A stretch of DNA of 64,000 nt from assembly GCA_965662895.1 (NCBI GenBank), contig CBFIJH010000004.1, forward strand, positions 32,001-96,000. Reading direction: 5' to 3'. The translations under genes and the position numbers were made by a program. Below the pieces are notes generated by a model. The model did not search any database. It saw nothing but the letters and a program-made list of their open reading frames with translations, and was not told where the DNA came from. The stretch comes from Candidatus Poseidoniaceae archaeon (GTDB lineage Archaea; Thermoplasmatota; Poseidoniia; Poseidoniales; Poseidoniaceae). Of the stretch, positions 19,138 to 30,400 are shown piece after piece; positions within the stretch are counted from its first letter, which is position 1, and the number at the start of each line of letters is the position of its first letter.

Positions 19138-21647
19138 CGACCCATAATCGCTGAATGAACTTGAGATTGAACTTCACGCATCCGTGTACGGGCTCCTAAT
19201 TCTCTAAAGACTGCAAGAGCTCGTTGTAAGTATTCCATTCGACGTTGTCGGTCTGGAGCAACTCCCCCGAGTTTTGACAAAAGTTCACCGATTTGCATAC
19301 GCAAGTCGTTTGCCTCGGCAATAATGAGTGCCTCTCGATATCGCACCAGAGCTTCATCCGAGCGACCACTGTCTTCGAGAACTTCACCCAAGAGAATCAT
19401 TAGTTCGACCATGGACACTGGATCACCAGCATCAGACATGATGTTGAGCGATTCGGTATAATGATGCATCGAAGTTTCTGCATCGCTCATTTTCGCATGG
19501 TATCGGCCAAGAAGAGCTTGTGCTCGTGCATGTGCAAGTTGATCGCCTGCGTTTTCAGTCCGTTCAAAGGCTTCGAATGCATGCTTTCGAGCTCGTTTAA
19601 CTTCCCCCAAATCAAGTAGAGCACGCCCGAGAAGAATTTGAGCATCCAACAAGGAATCATCGCTTGCAATGATGGCCTCAACTTCGGAATACGCCTCAAG
19701 TGCCTTGCTCTTGTTGTTCTTCCTTCGGTACAAGTATCCCATGTTGTTGTAGGTTCGTGCAGCACCCCGGGCATCCCCAAGTTCAACTTGGACCTGCAAT
19801 GCCTCTTTATGGGCTGAAAGTGCTTTATCAGTTTGACCTTGTTTCATAGCGATGTCTGCTTGCGAACCAAGAATTTCTGAATAAATGACTGGTAGGTTCG
19901 CATCTTTTGCTGCTTTACTTGCATCATCCAATACGGTCGAAGCCTGTTCAAATCTTCCAAGCATGAGAAGAATATCCCCTTGCAATTGCATCATTGGTGC
20001 CAACAGTGAGGCTTGGAGGCGTTCCAAATTTACGCTTTCAATAAGGCTCAGCAACTCGAGATGTCCTTGTGATACGAGTTGCCGACCGAATTCAACAATC
20101 TTTTCAATAGCCTCCTGCTCATGTTCCGATGCGAGTTCATGGTAGATTTGTTCAAGCGTCGTCTCCGATGATTTGCTTAATTTGCTGTAATAAACAGCAC
20201 AATTGCTGTGTACGCTTTGTTTGGTTTGATCGTCAATGCTTCGCACAAGGAATTCTCGAATTAAGTCATGCACATCGTAAACATCTGTGTCCACTTGTCG
20301 AGCGAGACCTTGCTCAACAAGGCTGTCAAGAACATCAACATCCAATTCGTGCGCAAGTAATGCATCCAAGGGGACTGCCTCTCGAAAAACAGACAACACA
20401 GTTAGAACACGCTTCTGTTCTGCTGAAAGTTTTGAGAAAATTTCCTTGGTCACATAATGCTCAAGCGTGTCGTGGAATGCGCCAGCTGAAGCACCCCGAT
20501 TGATCAGTTCAAGAACCAATGGATGGCCACGGGATAAACCGTGAATGTGCAACCATTGTTCCGTTGAGAGTTCTTCAAATCCAGTTAAGAGTTGACGTGC
20601 TGATTCAGAATCCAGTCCATCGAGTGGAAGGACAAGACTTGTGATACGGCCTTCTGCATCCTTTGTCGGGACGACTGGCTTGAACGAACGTGAAAAGATG
20701 ACCAAACCAATCGGCTCCTCACTTCCAAGCAAACCAAGCGTCATGGACTGAATGGTTTGAAAGAGAATCGGATCTGAAACCTTGTGAAAGTCATCGATGA
20801 CAATGAGGGTCGGTGTGTTTTCGAGCGAATCAATGAGAATCCTTGCAGCAGCATCTGGCTTAGGCACTGGCGTTGCTGCAAGGTAATCAGCAAACGACGA
20901 GTCACCTATACTAAGCAACCATTCAGCAATTGACTCAAACAGCGCACGTGAGCCCTCCCAATCTTGGCAACGATGATACAACAGGTTTCGCCTATGCATG
21001 AATCGCTCAATGAGTTTCGCAGCGATGGTCGTTTTCCCAATTCCAGCAATCCCGGGAACCAGCAAGGTTGTCGCACGGGCATCGAGGAGGCCAACCATGT
21101 TGTCCAACTCTTTTTCTCGACCATAGAAATGGCGCAAACGAGGCAAATCACCAAGCGAGGTTACGAGTTGTTTCTCGACTTGTTTGGATAAATCGCGTTC
21201 GATAAGATCCTCCGAGAGCGATCGGGCATCGAGAATGAGATTATCGTCCAAATAGCGGATGATATCGACTGGACGCATGGTAAACGGAAGTACCTCATGC
21301 GCTGCGCCGAGCGATGTCGAAACCGTTTCTCCATCAACATTGATGCATCGGAATTGGAATTCACGAAGTCGACCCCATGTTTCTTCCGCTGCAAGGATTC
21401 CTGAATCGGTGAGAAAGTATGCCTTTCGTTTTCGACTGACACCGTGTACGTGAGCCTGCCGCTCGACGAGAAGCCCTTGGTCTCTCAATCCAGATATTGC
21501 CCGAGGTACATTGGATCGAGCAATTGCAACAGCATTGGCAATTCCCATTTGTGAGAGGGCGAAGGGTACCTCGACCTTTTCTTTGAAATCAGCATAATCG
21601 AGAAGGTGAAGCAGTACCTTCTCTTGAACGCCAGGTTTGGGAATCAT
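19134..21647 (-). CDS. Winged-HTH + STAND-class P-loop NTPase + TPR regulator
   Basis: N-terminal wHTH ('SQMGIANAVAIARSNVPRAISGLRDQGLL..RKAYFLT'); 'FYGREKEL'; Walker A 'GIAGIGKT'; Walker B 'LIVIDD'; GxP 'GHPLVL'; C-terminal TPR-like repeats. Confidence 0.88.
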   Translation of the reverse strand: MIPKPGVQEKVLLHLLDYADFKEKVEVPFALSQMGIANAVAIARSNVPRAISGLRDQGLLVERQAHVHGVSRKRKAYFLTDSGILAAEETWGRLREFQFRCINVDGETVSTSLGAAHEVLPFTMRPVDIIRYLDDNLILDARSLSEDLIERDLSKQVEKQLVTSLGDLPRLRHFYGREKELDNMVGLLDARATTLLVPGIAGIGKTTIAAKLIERFMHRRNLLYHRCQDWEGSRALFESIAEWLLSIGDSSFADYLAATPVPKPDAAARILIDSLENTPTLIVIDDFHKVSDPILFQTIQSMTLGLLGSEEPIGLVIFSRSFKPVVPTKDAEGRITSLVLPLDGLDSESARQLLTGFEELSTEQWLHIHGLSRGHPLVLELINRGASAGAFHDTLEHYVTKEIFSKLSAEQKRVLTVLSVFREAVPLDALLAHELDVDVLDSLVEQGLARQVDTDVYDVHDLIREFLVRSIDDQTKQSVHSNCAVYYSKLSKSSETTLEQIYHELASEHEQEAIEKIVEFGRQLVSQGHLELLSLIESVNLERLQASLLAPMMQLQGDILLMLGRFEQASTVLDDASKAAKDANLPVIYSEILGSQADIAMKQGQTDKALSAHKEALQVQVELGDARGAARTYNNMGYLYRRKNNKSKALEAYSEVEAIIASDDSLLDAQILLGRALLDLGEVKRARKHAFEAFERTENAGDQLAHARAQALLGRYHAKMSDAETSMHHYTESLNIMSDAGDPVSMVELMILLGEVLEDSGRSDEALVRYREALIIAEANDLRMQIGELLSKLGGVAPDRQRRMEYLQRALAVFRELGARTRMREVQSQVHSAIMGR

Positions 21648-21662
21648 TCAATCACAACCGCA

Positions 21663-24600
21663 TCATTGGTTGGGAGGTTGATAATTCGGATCTGGCACCC
21701 ATTGATTGCTTTCCTGATCCCACAACCATCCAGGGTGTTGAGCGGATTGCTGGACAGGTTCCGGTTGAACAACAGGTGCTGCGGCAACGGGTTGTTGAGG
21801 CACTGCAGGGACGTTTTTCTTACCCCAAGCGTATGGATCTTCTTCCTGTACGACCTCTTGTGTACCATCAAATTCTTCATCAGCGAGTTCCTCAAACTCG
21901 AGGAAGAAGTAGCCAACACCCGCAAGCAAGAGTAGTGCTGCAACAACGATTCCAATGATGAGCAACAATTTTGAACCCTCTTCCGATTCACCCACTTCTA
22001 CCTTGAAGGATGATGGCTCTGAACTTCCTCCAAATGTTTGGCCGTCCATCAAGAACATCAAATCATTTGATGCATCGTTCATATCTTGAAGACTCAAATT
22101 CATGGTCCAAGCACCGGTATCTCCAACAATCACGGTCTTGATGAGCGACTCTGAGGCGATGGAACGAGCTTCGATCCTTGCACCAGGCAATCCTGTCCCG
22201 CTAAATTCAGCAGGGTCGGTGGCAGTCACCGATTCACTCGGATCATCACGAATCACATTGAATTCAATAGCTTGCACAAAGAACGTCACGCTGCGAGAAA
22301 CCGCAGACTCATCAAAGGCATCCCGAACAACGAATCGTACATTTTCAATGGTCCAACTTGCAATGTCTTCATTGTTTTGTTTGATTGCAGGGTCATACAT
22401 TGCGACACCACTGCTGTCGATATCGATGAGGAACGGATGGTTGTCATCCATTGGATCGATTGCATCATCCATGAAGTCGATGATGAGGTCATCGGAATCA
22501 GGGTCGTTGAAATATTGCGTTAAGTCAAGGGTTGCTCCGCCACCACATTGGTTCTCGGATGAAGAACCGACAACACAGAAAATTGTGATTTGATTCGGCC
22601 AGTTTGTAGAGTTGAACTGAGGAGGGATATTGTTCGCATCCGTCGGTTTTGAAATTGTAATTCGCACCACATCTGCAACCGAGTAATCTTCTCCATCATA
22701 CGCCTTCACTCGAATTTCGTATTGACCCTCGTGCTTGAGCTTACTCGTGTCCCAATTTGCAGACCATGAGTAACCAGGACCTGTTTTTGTGAATGAGGTT
22801 ACGGGGCCTGGTCCGTCGTTGAGGATAAGACCGCTCGCCAAGTCAAGAATCTCAATTTCAACTCTTGTAATCGTTCCATCAGCACCGTCGCTTGCAAAAC
22901 CGATCAATTGTGTATCGCTCTCTGCACGAACTGCTTGCGTGCCATCCGGTTCAAGTAAATCGACGATAGGAATGATGTTGTCATTGAGTACGGTCACGGT
23001 TCGGGTTGAAATGACACAAGTCCCTTGGACGTCATCACAGAAATCGCTGTCACTTGCCCAAACCTCGAACGTGTATTCTCCAGATTCGAGCTCTTCGAAA
23101 TTCCAATCGTATGCCCAAGCGACGGATCCATCGATAGCAAAATGAGATGTGTACCCATTGGGACCTGTTACATCAAACCAAATGTCCTGAATGTCGGAAC
23201 CCCATGTTCCCGAATAAGGATCGCTGGCAGTACCTGTAAAGAGAATCTTACCGTTGGAATGTGTTGATCCATCCAATGGTTCATTGAGGTACAGCGTTGG
23301 AGGCACCAGATTCAATTTGAACTTGCGCACTTCAATCGGTGAGTAATCCAGACCGTCATACGAACGGATTCGGAACGTTACATCACTTTCACCGTCAGGG
23401 TGAGCAGACAAATCCCATTCGAAAGACCATGACTTGAATGGATGATTCTCCTTGGTCAATTCACCATTCGCACCGGAGGTATCGACGGCATAGTACCAAT
23501 CGGTACTTCCCGGCGGCTGTATTTCTACTCGCTCGACAAGGCCGAATTGGCGATCATAGGCAATGATGTCGAGGGGGTAAGGTCCAGATTGACCATCCCA
23601 AGCGGTGCCAGTGATAACAGCGTTAATGGCGAATGAAGTTCCATCGTTTTGCTCAACTGTCACGCTCGGTCGTACGTTATCCAGGCTAATGACATCATCA
23701 ATTTGGCCATTAAGGACGAAATCAAATTCTTTCTTTCCTTTGCCAAATTTGTAGGCTTCGACGATGTAGAAAGGAAGCTCCCGGCCATTTGCACAGTCAG
23801 GGTCGGCATCATCGACGAACGTATCACCATCGTTATCGTATCCATCCGAGCACGTGTCTTCATCGAGAACGACTGGGTTGCTTGGGTCTGTACCCGGTAC
23901 CGTGACCCCGGTTTCTCCCACGATGTGATTCCAGTTGCGATCGAGCAAGAAATCCGAAGGAAGGGAAACTTGTTGCGTCATACCGAAACTATCGGTTGTT
24001 AGTTCATACAACGGAAGACCTGTTGCATCTTTGATGACCACGGTTGCACCCGCAACGTTGCTGTTCTTGGCCTTGACTTGGTAACGTACAAGTTCACCTT
24101 GCCGTACTTGCGACCCCCAAGCAGTGTTCTGATTCTGAACATGAATCTTTGAAGCATCAAAGTTCTGTAAATCTGCAAACGAAAAGACGGTTGAGTTGTT
24201 CACAAGTTCGATTGCGAGTGGCATATCTCTTGGAGGAACTGCAGCAGTGTCCGGTAGCAGCAGACATTCATCGAGAACGTAAGGACATTCAGCACTAAGC
24301 CACGAAAGCATGACGGGGAAGGTGTAATCGCCACCAGCATCGGGTATGTATTCAGATTGTACCGTAACGCGTGACTCGGTAATGTTGTAGACTTGCGTTG
24401 CGTTGGTCCATGTGTTACCTGAGAAGTAACCAATCGAACCATACTTCGGCCCGGTTATCTCGTCGTAATGACTGATGTTGACGGCGAACTGACCTGCTTC
24501 AACGGTGTTTCGTTGAACGTTGACAATCGACCCCTTGATTCGTAGTCCATCACCTGCGTTGTTGGTAACCGTGTTGTCGACAATGGTTGCTGATGAGGTG

Positions 24601-25985
24601 AAAACGTGGATAGCGGGACAGTTGAAGTCTCCATCGTACATGAATTGAGAGTTGCAAGTACCCGTATTGTTGGAAATGATGTTGTTTGCGATGTAGGCTC
24701 GGTTTGGCGACGGACCGGGATAATTTCCACCGTCCTTGTAGTGATACTCGCCAATTTGTATGGGCTCTTTTGCAGTATCTTGGATGGTATTGTTTTCAAT
24801 CTCAACTTCCGATTCTCCATAAACCCAGAACCCGTTGAACCCTTCGATTGGCCCAACTGTGTTTCCATGCGCTGAAACAGTTGAATCACGGATACCAAAT
24901 CCAGAACCGCCTGAGGCACCGGAGATCGTGTTTGAGGTTGCTGTTACAATCGCTCCATCGTAAGCGGTAATACCTGCACCTTCTTCTGTTGTGATGACGT
25001 TGTTATCGAGGTAGAGCGTGTGAGCAAAGTTTCCTGTTGCTTTGTAGGCGTTGGTGTCAATGGCGTTACATTTCGTATCGATTGTGCTGTTTCCAAATGA
25101 TCCTGAAGATTGTTTCAAAAATACACCATACCCATTCTCCTTCAATTCGAGGTTATCGAGTGTAACATAGGACGATTCTGCGTAGATGAGACCAATCCCT
25201 CCTCCTTGTCCACACTGTGCTTCCGTGTCTCCCGTGAAGGTGGAACCAGTGATGGTTAGGGTTGACAAAATCCCCGCACCTGCATCGTATGCACGAACAG
25301 CAGAAGCATCGTAACCTCGGCCATCATCACCAAGCGTGAATGTTGAATCACGAATTGTTGGGGCGGCAAAATCGAGGGCGATAATGTTCGAAGTGTTGAT
25401 GTTTGAGAATGCAAGATTGTCTAGGTTCGTTGAAGAACCTTCGAAAATCAACGTTCCGTATTGGATGTTTTGAAGCGATTGAACGTAGGTTGGATGACCG
25501 TATGCATTGTTGAATGAGACGAACGACATTCCAGTTGAAGCCTGATTGATTGTGCTTCTGATAACAATACCAGATCCGCAAGCAGCATCTGGGTTCGTAA
25601 ACAGCTGGCTACCTTGTTGGTAACACCATCCAAGAACATCGTAGTCTGAAGGAGTTGCCCATTCAAATCGGACTGGAGATGAGGCACTGCCTTGAGATGC
25701 ACCACACGAAGCAGAACCGGCACATATTGCACCCTCGACGTCAATGTATGCACCAGCAGGGATGTTGACGGTTGTTCCAGCATTGATGACAAGTTTCGCA
25801 CCTTCAGCAACAGTGACATTGCCGGTAAGTGTATGTGTACCGCTCCATGTTTCCGTTGTTGTGATTGATCCAGAGGATGTTTCATTTATTGCGCTTGCAG
25901 TTGGTACGGTAACCAACCCGATCATTAGTGACGTTAGGAGCAATCCTACCAATCCAACACTTTTTCCAACATTTGCAATTCGCAT
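21663..25985 (-). CDS. Surface protein with right-handed parallel beta-helix repeats, Ig-like domains and a C-terminal TM
   Basis: Signal peptide; repeats such as 'IENNTIQDT', 'IANNIISNN' and 'IVDNTVTNNAGDG'; Ig-like 'GTASD...Y.FEVWA'; TM followed by an acidic/Pro/Trp tail. Start set to ATG 25985 (AGAGGG SD; 25991 also possible). Confidence 0.85.
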   Translation of the reverse strand: MRIANVGKSVGLVGLLLTSLMIGLVTVPTASAINETSSGSITTTETWSGTHTLTGNVTVAEGAKLVINAGTTVNIPAGAYIDVEGAICAGSASCGASQGSASSPVRFEWATPSDYDVLGWCYQQGSQLFTNPDAACGSGIVIRSTINQASTGMSFVSFNNAYGHPTYVQSLQNIQYGTLIFEGSSTNLDNLAFSNINTSNIIALDFAAPTIRDSTFTLGDDGRGYDASAVRAYDAGAGILSTLTITGSTFTGDTEAQCGQGGGIGLIYAESSYVTLDNLELKENGYGVFLKQSSGSFGNSTIDTKCNAIDTNAYKATGNFAHTLYLDNNVITTEEGAGITAYDGAIVTATSNTISGASGGSGFGIRDSTVSAHGNTVGPIEGFNGFWVYGESEVEIENNTIQDTAKEPIQIGEYHYKDGGNYPGPSPNRAYIANNIISNNTGTCNSQFMYDGDFNCPAIHVFTSSATIVDNTVTNNAGDGLRIKGSIVNVQRNTVEAGQFAVNISHYDEITGPKYGSIGYFSGNTWTNATQVYNITESRVTVQSEYIPDAGGDYTFPVMLSWLSAECPYVLDECLLLPDTAAVPPRDMPLAIELVNNSTVFSFADLQNFDASKIHVQNQNTAWGSQVRQGELVRYQVKAKNSNVAGATVVIKDATGLPLYELTTDSFGMTQQVSLPSDFLLDRNWNHIVGETGVTVPGTDPSNPVVLDEDTCSDGYDNDGDTFVDDADPDCANGRELPFYIVEAYKFGKGKKEFDFVLNGQIDDVISLDNVRPSVTVEQNDGTSFAINAVITGTAWDGQSGPYPLDIIAYDRQFGLVERVEIQPPGSTDWYYAVDTSGANGELTKENHPFKSWSFEWDLSAHPDGESDVTFRIRSYDGLDYSPIEVRKFKLNLVPPTLYLNEPLDGSTHSNGKILFTGTASDPYSGTWGSDIQDIWFDVTGPNGYTSHFAIDGSVAWAYDWNFEELESGEYTFEVWASDSDFCDDVQGTCVISTRTVTVLNDNIIPIVDLLEPDGTQAVRAESDTQLIGFASDGADGTITRVEIEILDLASGLILNDGPGPVTSFTKTGPGYSWSANWDTSKLKHEGQYEIRVKAYDGEDYSVADVVRITISKPTDANNIPPQFNSTNWPNQITIFCVVGSSSENQCGGGATLDLTQYFNDPDSDDLIIDFMDDAIDPMDDNHPFLIDIDSSGVAMYDPAIKQNNEDIASWTIENVRFVVRDAFDESAVSRSVTFFVQAIEFNVIRDDPSESVTATDPAEFSGTGLPGARIEARSIASESLIKTVIVGDTGAWTMNLSLQDMNDASNDLMFLMDGQTFGGSSEPSSFKVEVGESEEGSKLLLIIGIVVAALLLLAGVGYFFLEFEELADEEFDGTQEVVQEEDPYAWGKKNVPAVPQQPVAAAPVVQPEPVQQSAQHPGWLWDQESNQWVPDPNYQPPNQ

Positions 25986-26020
25986 GCTCATCCCTCTTTT
26001 AGAACCTAAATCGTGAACGA

Positions 26021-26130
26021 ATATAATACTGCGCCCCAATTGACAGTCATTATAATATCAAATCTAATCAATAATATCGCAATTTGAACAATAATTGTAT
26101 CATTAATATGGATAAATATCATATTGAACT
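26021..26130 (-). promoter_or_regulatory. AT-rich upstream region with periodic ATAATATC-like motifs
   Basis: ATAATATC at 26052 and 26071, ATAATTGT at 26091, ATAAATATC at 26112; much more AT-rich than the flanking coding DNA; lies upstream of the beta-helix/STAND genes. Confidence 0.45.
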
Positions 26131-26139
26131 GAAGAAAAA

Positions 26140-27345
26140 TCAACAATCCGTGTTCCCAGTGAGTTGATTTTTCCAATCTTTTGCATTGAGTTGGCCGTAT
26201 CCAGCGATTGGATCATGGCCCGAATCCGAGCGCATTGAATCAGCGAGTGCACGCTTGACGAGTTCAATACAGGATGTTGTCGATGTTTCATCTGGTTTTA
26301 GCTCGGGATGTGCTTCGAGAATCAAGGCCAACGCACCGGTAACAAAGACCGTCGCATCGGATGTACCACTGGAAGTGTACCATTGATTGTCCATCCCCGT
26401 TGAAAGAATATTAACTCCAGGGGCTGTAAGTTCTGGCTTCTGGTGAGGATATTCTCTCGTATTCCCGTCCGAATCAACCAACTCACCTTGCGAGGATTTT
26501 TTCCAAGTGTTCCCATCAATGTCCGATGCACCCACAGTAATCGCCAAGTTGACGTTTCCTGGTGCACTTACATAGCCATCATCGCCATTGCCACCATCGT
26601 TACCTGCCGCTACCACAACATAGATGCCCGCATCGATTGCTTGACGTGTGGCTGAAGCTGCAGGGCCTTCTCGTGATGCGGACTGATCTTGTTCACCACC
26701 CAATGAGAGCGATATGATATCGGCCTTGAAATCAAAAATACACCACCGAATCGCATCCGCTACCCTTGATTCCGAACCCGTGTTGTTCTGGCCATCAGCG
26801 CTCAAGGCAGCAGCCATTCCAAGCGTCACGTTTGGCGCAACACCCTGCTGCAAGCCTGTAGAGAGAAGAATTCCTGCCATGAGCGTTCCATGCGCAATCG
26901 AACCATAATCCGTAGGTTCGATGGAATTTCCAACGAAGTCTTCGAACACGATCGTGGCATCTTTCAGCGAAGTGTGACTTAACGATACACCGGTATCAAC
27001 CATGCAGACTTTCACTCCATCTCCCGTCAAGCCTTCATCTTGCAATGTTCGGATATCTGTATCTTCAAATGCCCACTCAGAAGTTGGCGGTGGTAACTGC
27101 AAAAGCAAGAGATTGGATTGCCACAACAACACAATTCCTCCAAGGAAAATTGCCAAAATGAATCCAGAAGCGAGCGAAGAAAATCTTCTGCTTCGATACG
27201 GTATGGTATTAGGGACGACTGGAGCCCAACCCGTCACTTCTGCTCTCCATTGGCTTTCATGCTCACCAGTTGAAGGGTCAACTGCAGAGAGTATTTTTGG
27301 CTCACCTGGCTCAGGAAGCAACTCGACTCCACGCAATTCCTCCAT
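26140..27345 (-). CDS. Membrane-anchored S8 (subtilisin-like) serine peptidase
   Basis: Triad 'VDTG', 'HGT' and 'SGTSDA'; oxyanion 'AAGN'; 'KPELTAPG'; N-proximal TM. Confidence 0.9.
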   Translation of the reverse strand: MEELRGVELLPEPGEPKILSAVDPSTGEHESQWRAEVTGWAPVVPNTIPYRSRRFSSLASGFILAIFLGGIVLLWQSNLLLLQLPPPTSEWAFEDTDIRTLQDEGLTGDGVKVCMVDTGVSLSHTSLKDATIVFEDFVGNSIEPTDYGSIAHGTLMAGILLSTGLQQGVAPNVTLGMAAALSADGQNNTGSESRVADAIRWCIFDFKADIISLSLGGEQDQSASREGPAASATRQAIDAGIYVVVAAGNDGGNGDDGYVSAPGNVNLAITVGASDIDGNTWKKSSQGELVDSDGNTREYPHQKPELTAPGVNILSTGMDNQWYTSSGTSDATVFVTGALALILEAHPELKPDETSTTSCIELVKRALADSMRSDSGHDPIAGYGQLNAKDWKNQLTGNTDC

Positions 27346-27400
27346 AGCCTTCCCACTCCCATGGGCAAGTTCGGCGTATCAACTCTTGTCTGATTTCTCA

Positions 27401-30400
27401 TCAGAAACGGCTGCCTGAACTGCGGGCTCTCGAAGACGCCTTGAATCCGAAATAGAGGATAATGAAGATCAACGCAATAATCGTCACGATCACAATCGGG
27501 TTGGAGGAATCTTCAGATCCTTGCACCAAGTATTCGATACTGAAATCATCACCAACGGTCGTCGTCGAGAAATTCACTTCATCGTCTGACACAACAGCTC
27601 GTACATCGTAGCGCGTGATTCCTTGACTGGACTTCGGTAGAACGAACTCAAAGTCGGTCGAACCTTCAGCAGGTACACTCAACGTCATGTTCCTTTCAGT
27701 GAGACCATCTGAACTTACGAAGACTGTAACTGCTTGGGCTTGTCGAAGACCATCGTTTTCAATGACAATGACAAGGATGTTCGGATCAACATCAGCGAAG
27801 TTATTGCTGCGTGATTTCGAGAGGTCTTGGTTCCAGTTGAGTGCAATACGTGCGGATTCAACGACAATCTCTGCTTTGTCTTCTGTTGTACCATCTTCGC
27901 TCGTAACTCGTACTTCAATCGTGATGGAACTATCTGTGAAGTCTGCTGGAGCCGTTACGGTGAAAGCAAGGTCACGCAAGTTGTCCTTAGCGATTGTTGT
28001 GACACCGTTCATTGGGCTTACCGTCCATCCGTCAGGAATGTTGTCCAATACTTCGTAGGTGAAGGAGTCGTCTCCGTTTCCATTGTTGTTAATGGTGAGT
28101 GATGCGGTCGTTGTTCCCCCTGGTGTGACACCAATTGTTGAGGAAACATCTGTCATGTTGAACGCATACGTTTGAGGAACTTCGACGTTAACAGAAACTT
28201 CCGTCATATCACCGCTGTCTGCTGAGAAACGGATGTTCACATCGTGTCCGTCTTCGAGCCACCAAGCTGCTTCAACTGTGGGCAGAACAATTCGTGCACG
28301 AATCGTTGCCTCCAAAGTGGCATTCTCCGTAACATCCCCAATACCGAGGAGAACGTCAGTACTGCTAATCCAGTCCGTACCGTTGTAGAATTCAACAGCC
28401 CAATCACCTTGGTCCGGTGAAACAGATACGGTTCCAGTAACATCAAATGGATCCGAAATCTCAGTACCCTCATACTGTGCGAGGACATCAAACTCGATGG
28501 CGGTGTAGTTCGCTGCGTCATCAGGGTCGACAATTGCGAGCAGATCTCGGTTTTCATCACCCAAGACCGTTGCACCCTCAACACCACCAACGGTGAGAGT
28601 AAGGTCACTGTTCGCCTTTCGGTTGTAGGAAAGCATGAGTGCAGTTCGACCCTCGCCGGCGTTCTCAATCGTAACTCCAGCGGTGTAGTTCATGACAAGG
28701 TCTCGTTGGACCGTAGAGAACTCAGAGTTGAAGGAAACTGAGTTGGCTGGTAGGAGAACCTCAAGGGTTCCGTTCGATAGCAGAGGTATTTCCCATGTCT
28801 TTCCGTCACCAAGGTCCACTTCGACCTCGACAACATCACTGACTGGAGAAGACTCGTTGTCTGTACCAGCATTGAATGTTTGCAGACCGAAGGATGTAAA
28901 TTCAGTGGAAAGGTCAACCCATCCACCCTTGCTCATCACCAATTCGATGCTTCCACCGTTTTGTACTTCTGCATCAAGTAGGCCGACTGCAACGCCTCCA
29001 CCATTGAATGGAGCCTCATCTTCGTAGACGACAACAACCCACTGACCTGGTTCAACAACTGCGCTGAACGAGAGGACTTCGGATTCGAGTGTACCCACGA
29101 CATCAACAGAAGCTTGTTGGTTCTCAGAAGTACCATACAATGTGATGGAAGCGCCATCAAGTCGTGATGCATCAAGAACATCGGTGATGGTTCCAGTTAC
29201 AGTAACTTCTGCTGCCGACATTTCGATGTCCTGTGAGACAGGCTCGTTTTCGACAACATAAGTTCCAGTGTCGTTGTCGTCGTAGGAGACGGATCCAAAT
29301 CCGTCTTTCGAAACAGTGATGGCGTAATTCTCCAAGATTGGCACGTACATTCGCCAAACTCCAGCAGGGTCTGTCGAGACCGTTGTGTCAACAGTTCCGC
29401 CTTGAATGACAACATTGGCACCTTCAACACCTTCGTCGATGTCAGGAACGTCATCCTCATCCGTATCCCAGTAGACCTTACCACCAATTTCGACTTCGAG
29501 GGCAGCATAGACATCTCCGAGAGAAGTGTTGGAATCCATCAGAACAGGCGACTCAAATGTATCGATGTTCCAATATCGCTGAGCTCCTGATTCGTTCATG
29601 TAGAGGCTCCAGGTTCCCGGCATGACAAGTTGGGACGAATTTCCTTCAGAATCGGAAGGATTCATGGTGATGTTGCCAAACCCATCATGGCTCACGAGGA
29701 CGACTTTCTTGTCTGCAAGCGTGTTCTCAGTGCCGGTTTCCTTGAGCGTTAAGGTTACTTCAACCGCTTCAACAAGTGCGAGGGATAAATCCGTTCGCAC
29801 GCTCGAGTCAGCTCCGATTGTGATCGGCATTCGCAAGGATTCCGTCACACCCTCTTCGTTTTCGAGTGGCGATACGACGACGATGTAGTCTCCGCTTTGC
29901 ACGTACGTAGCAAACGAGCCGTTATCATCAACCGCAATTGGCACATAATCGGTTCCATCTGGTGTGGAAAGCAAGAAGTTGTCACTCATCGCTGATCCAT
30001 TGGCCCACGTAATGGTACCGTTCATTCGCCATTCGTCGACGATTGGAACGAGTACTGCTTCATCTGGCCCATTCAAACCGATTTCGATTGGGTTCAGCAG
30101 GCCGTTGATTTCGAGGCTTGAATCCGTAGCGTTTTCATCAGAGGCATCGACATAATTGGTCGAGATTGAATAGACACCAGGACTGAGTACAACTTCAACA
30201 ATTCCATCTTCCAAATAGTCATCAGAGGTTACATTCACTTGTTTACCAACCGATGTGATTGGAACCAATTGGAGATCAGGTCGAACGGCTGTTCCGTTTT
30301 CAAAGACACCATCACCCAAATCAGTGAAGACATTGAGAACGACCGTGGTGTTGCTTGGGTTCGCAACAAGTACAAGCTCGTCCATGCTTTCTGAATTATT

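Noticed and set aside
19134-21647. Avs-type antiviral STAND defence system
   Set aside because: There is no nuclease, SIR2, TIR or protease effector and no defence-island context; the N-terminus looks like a wHTH.
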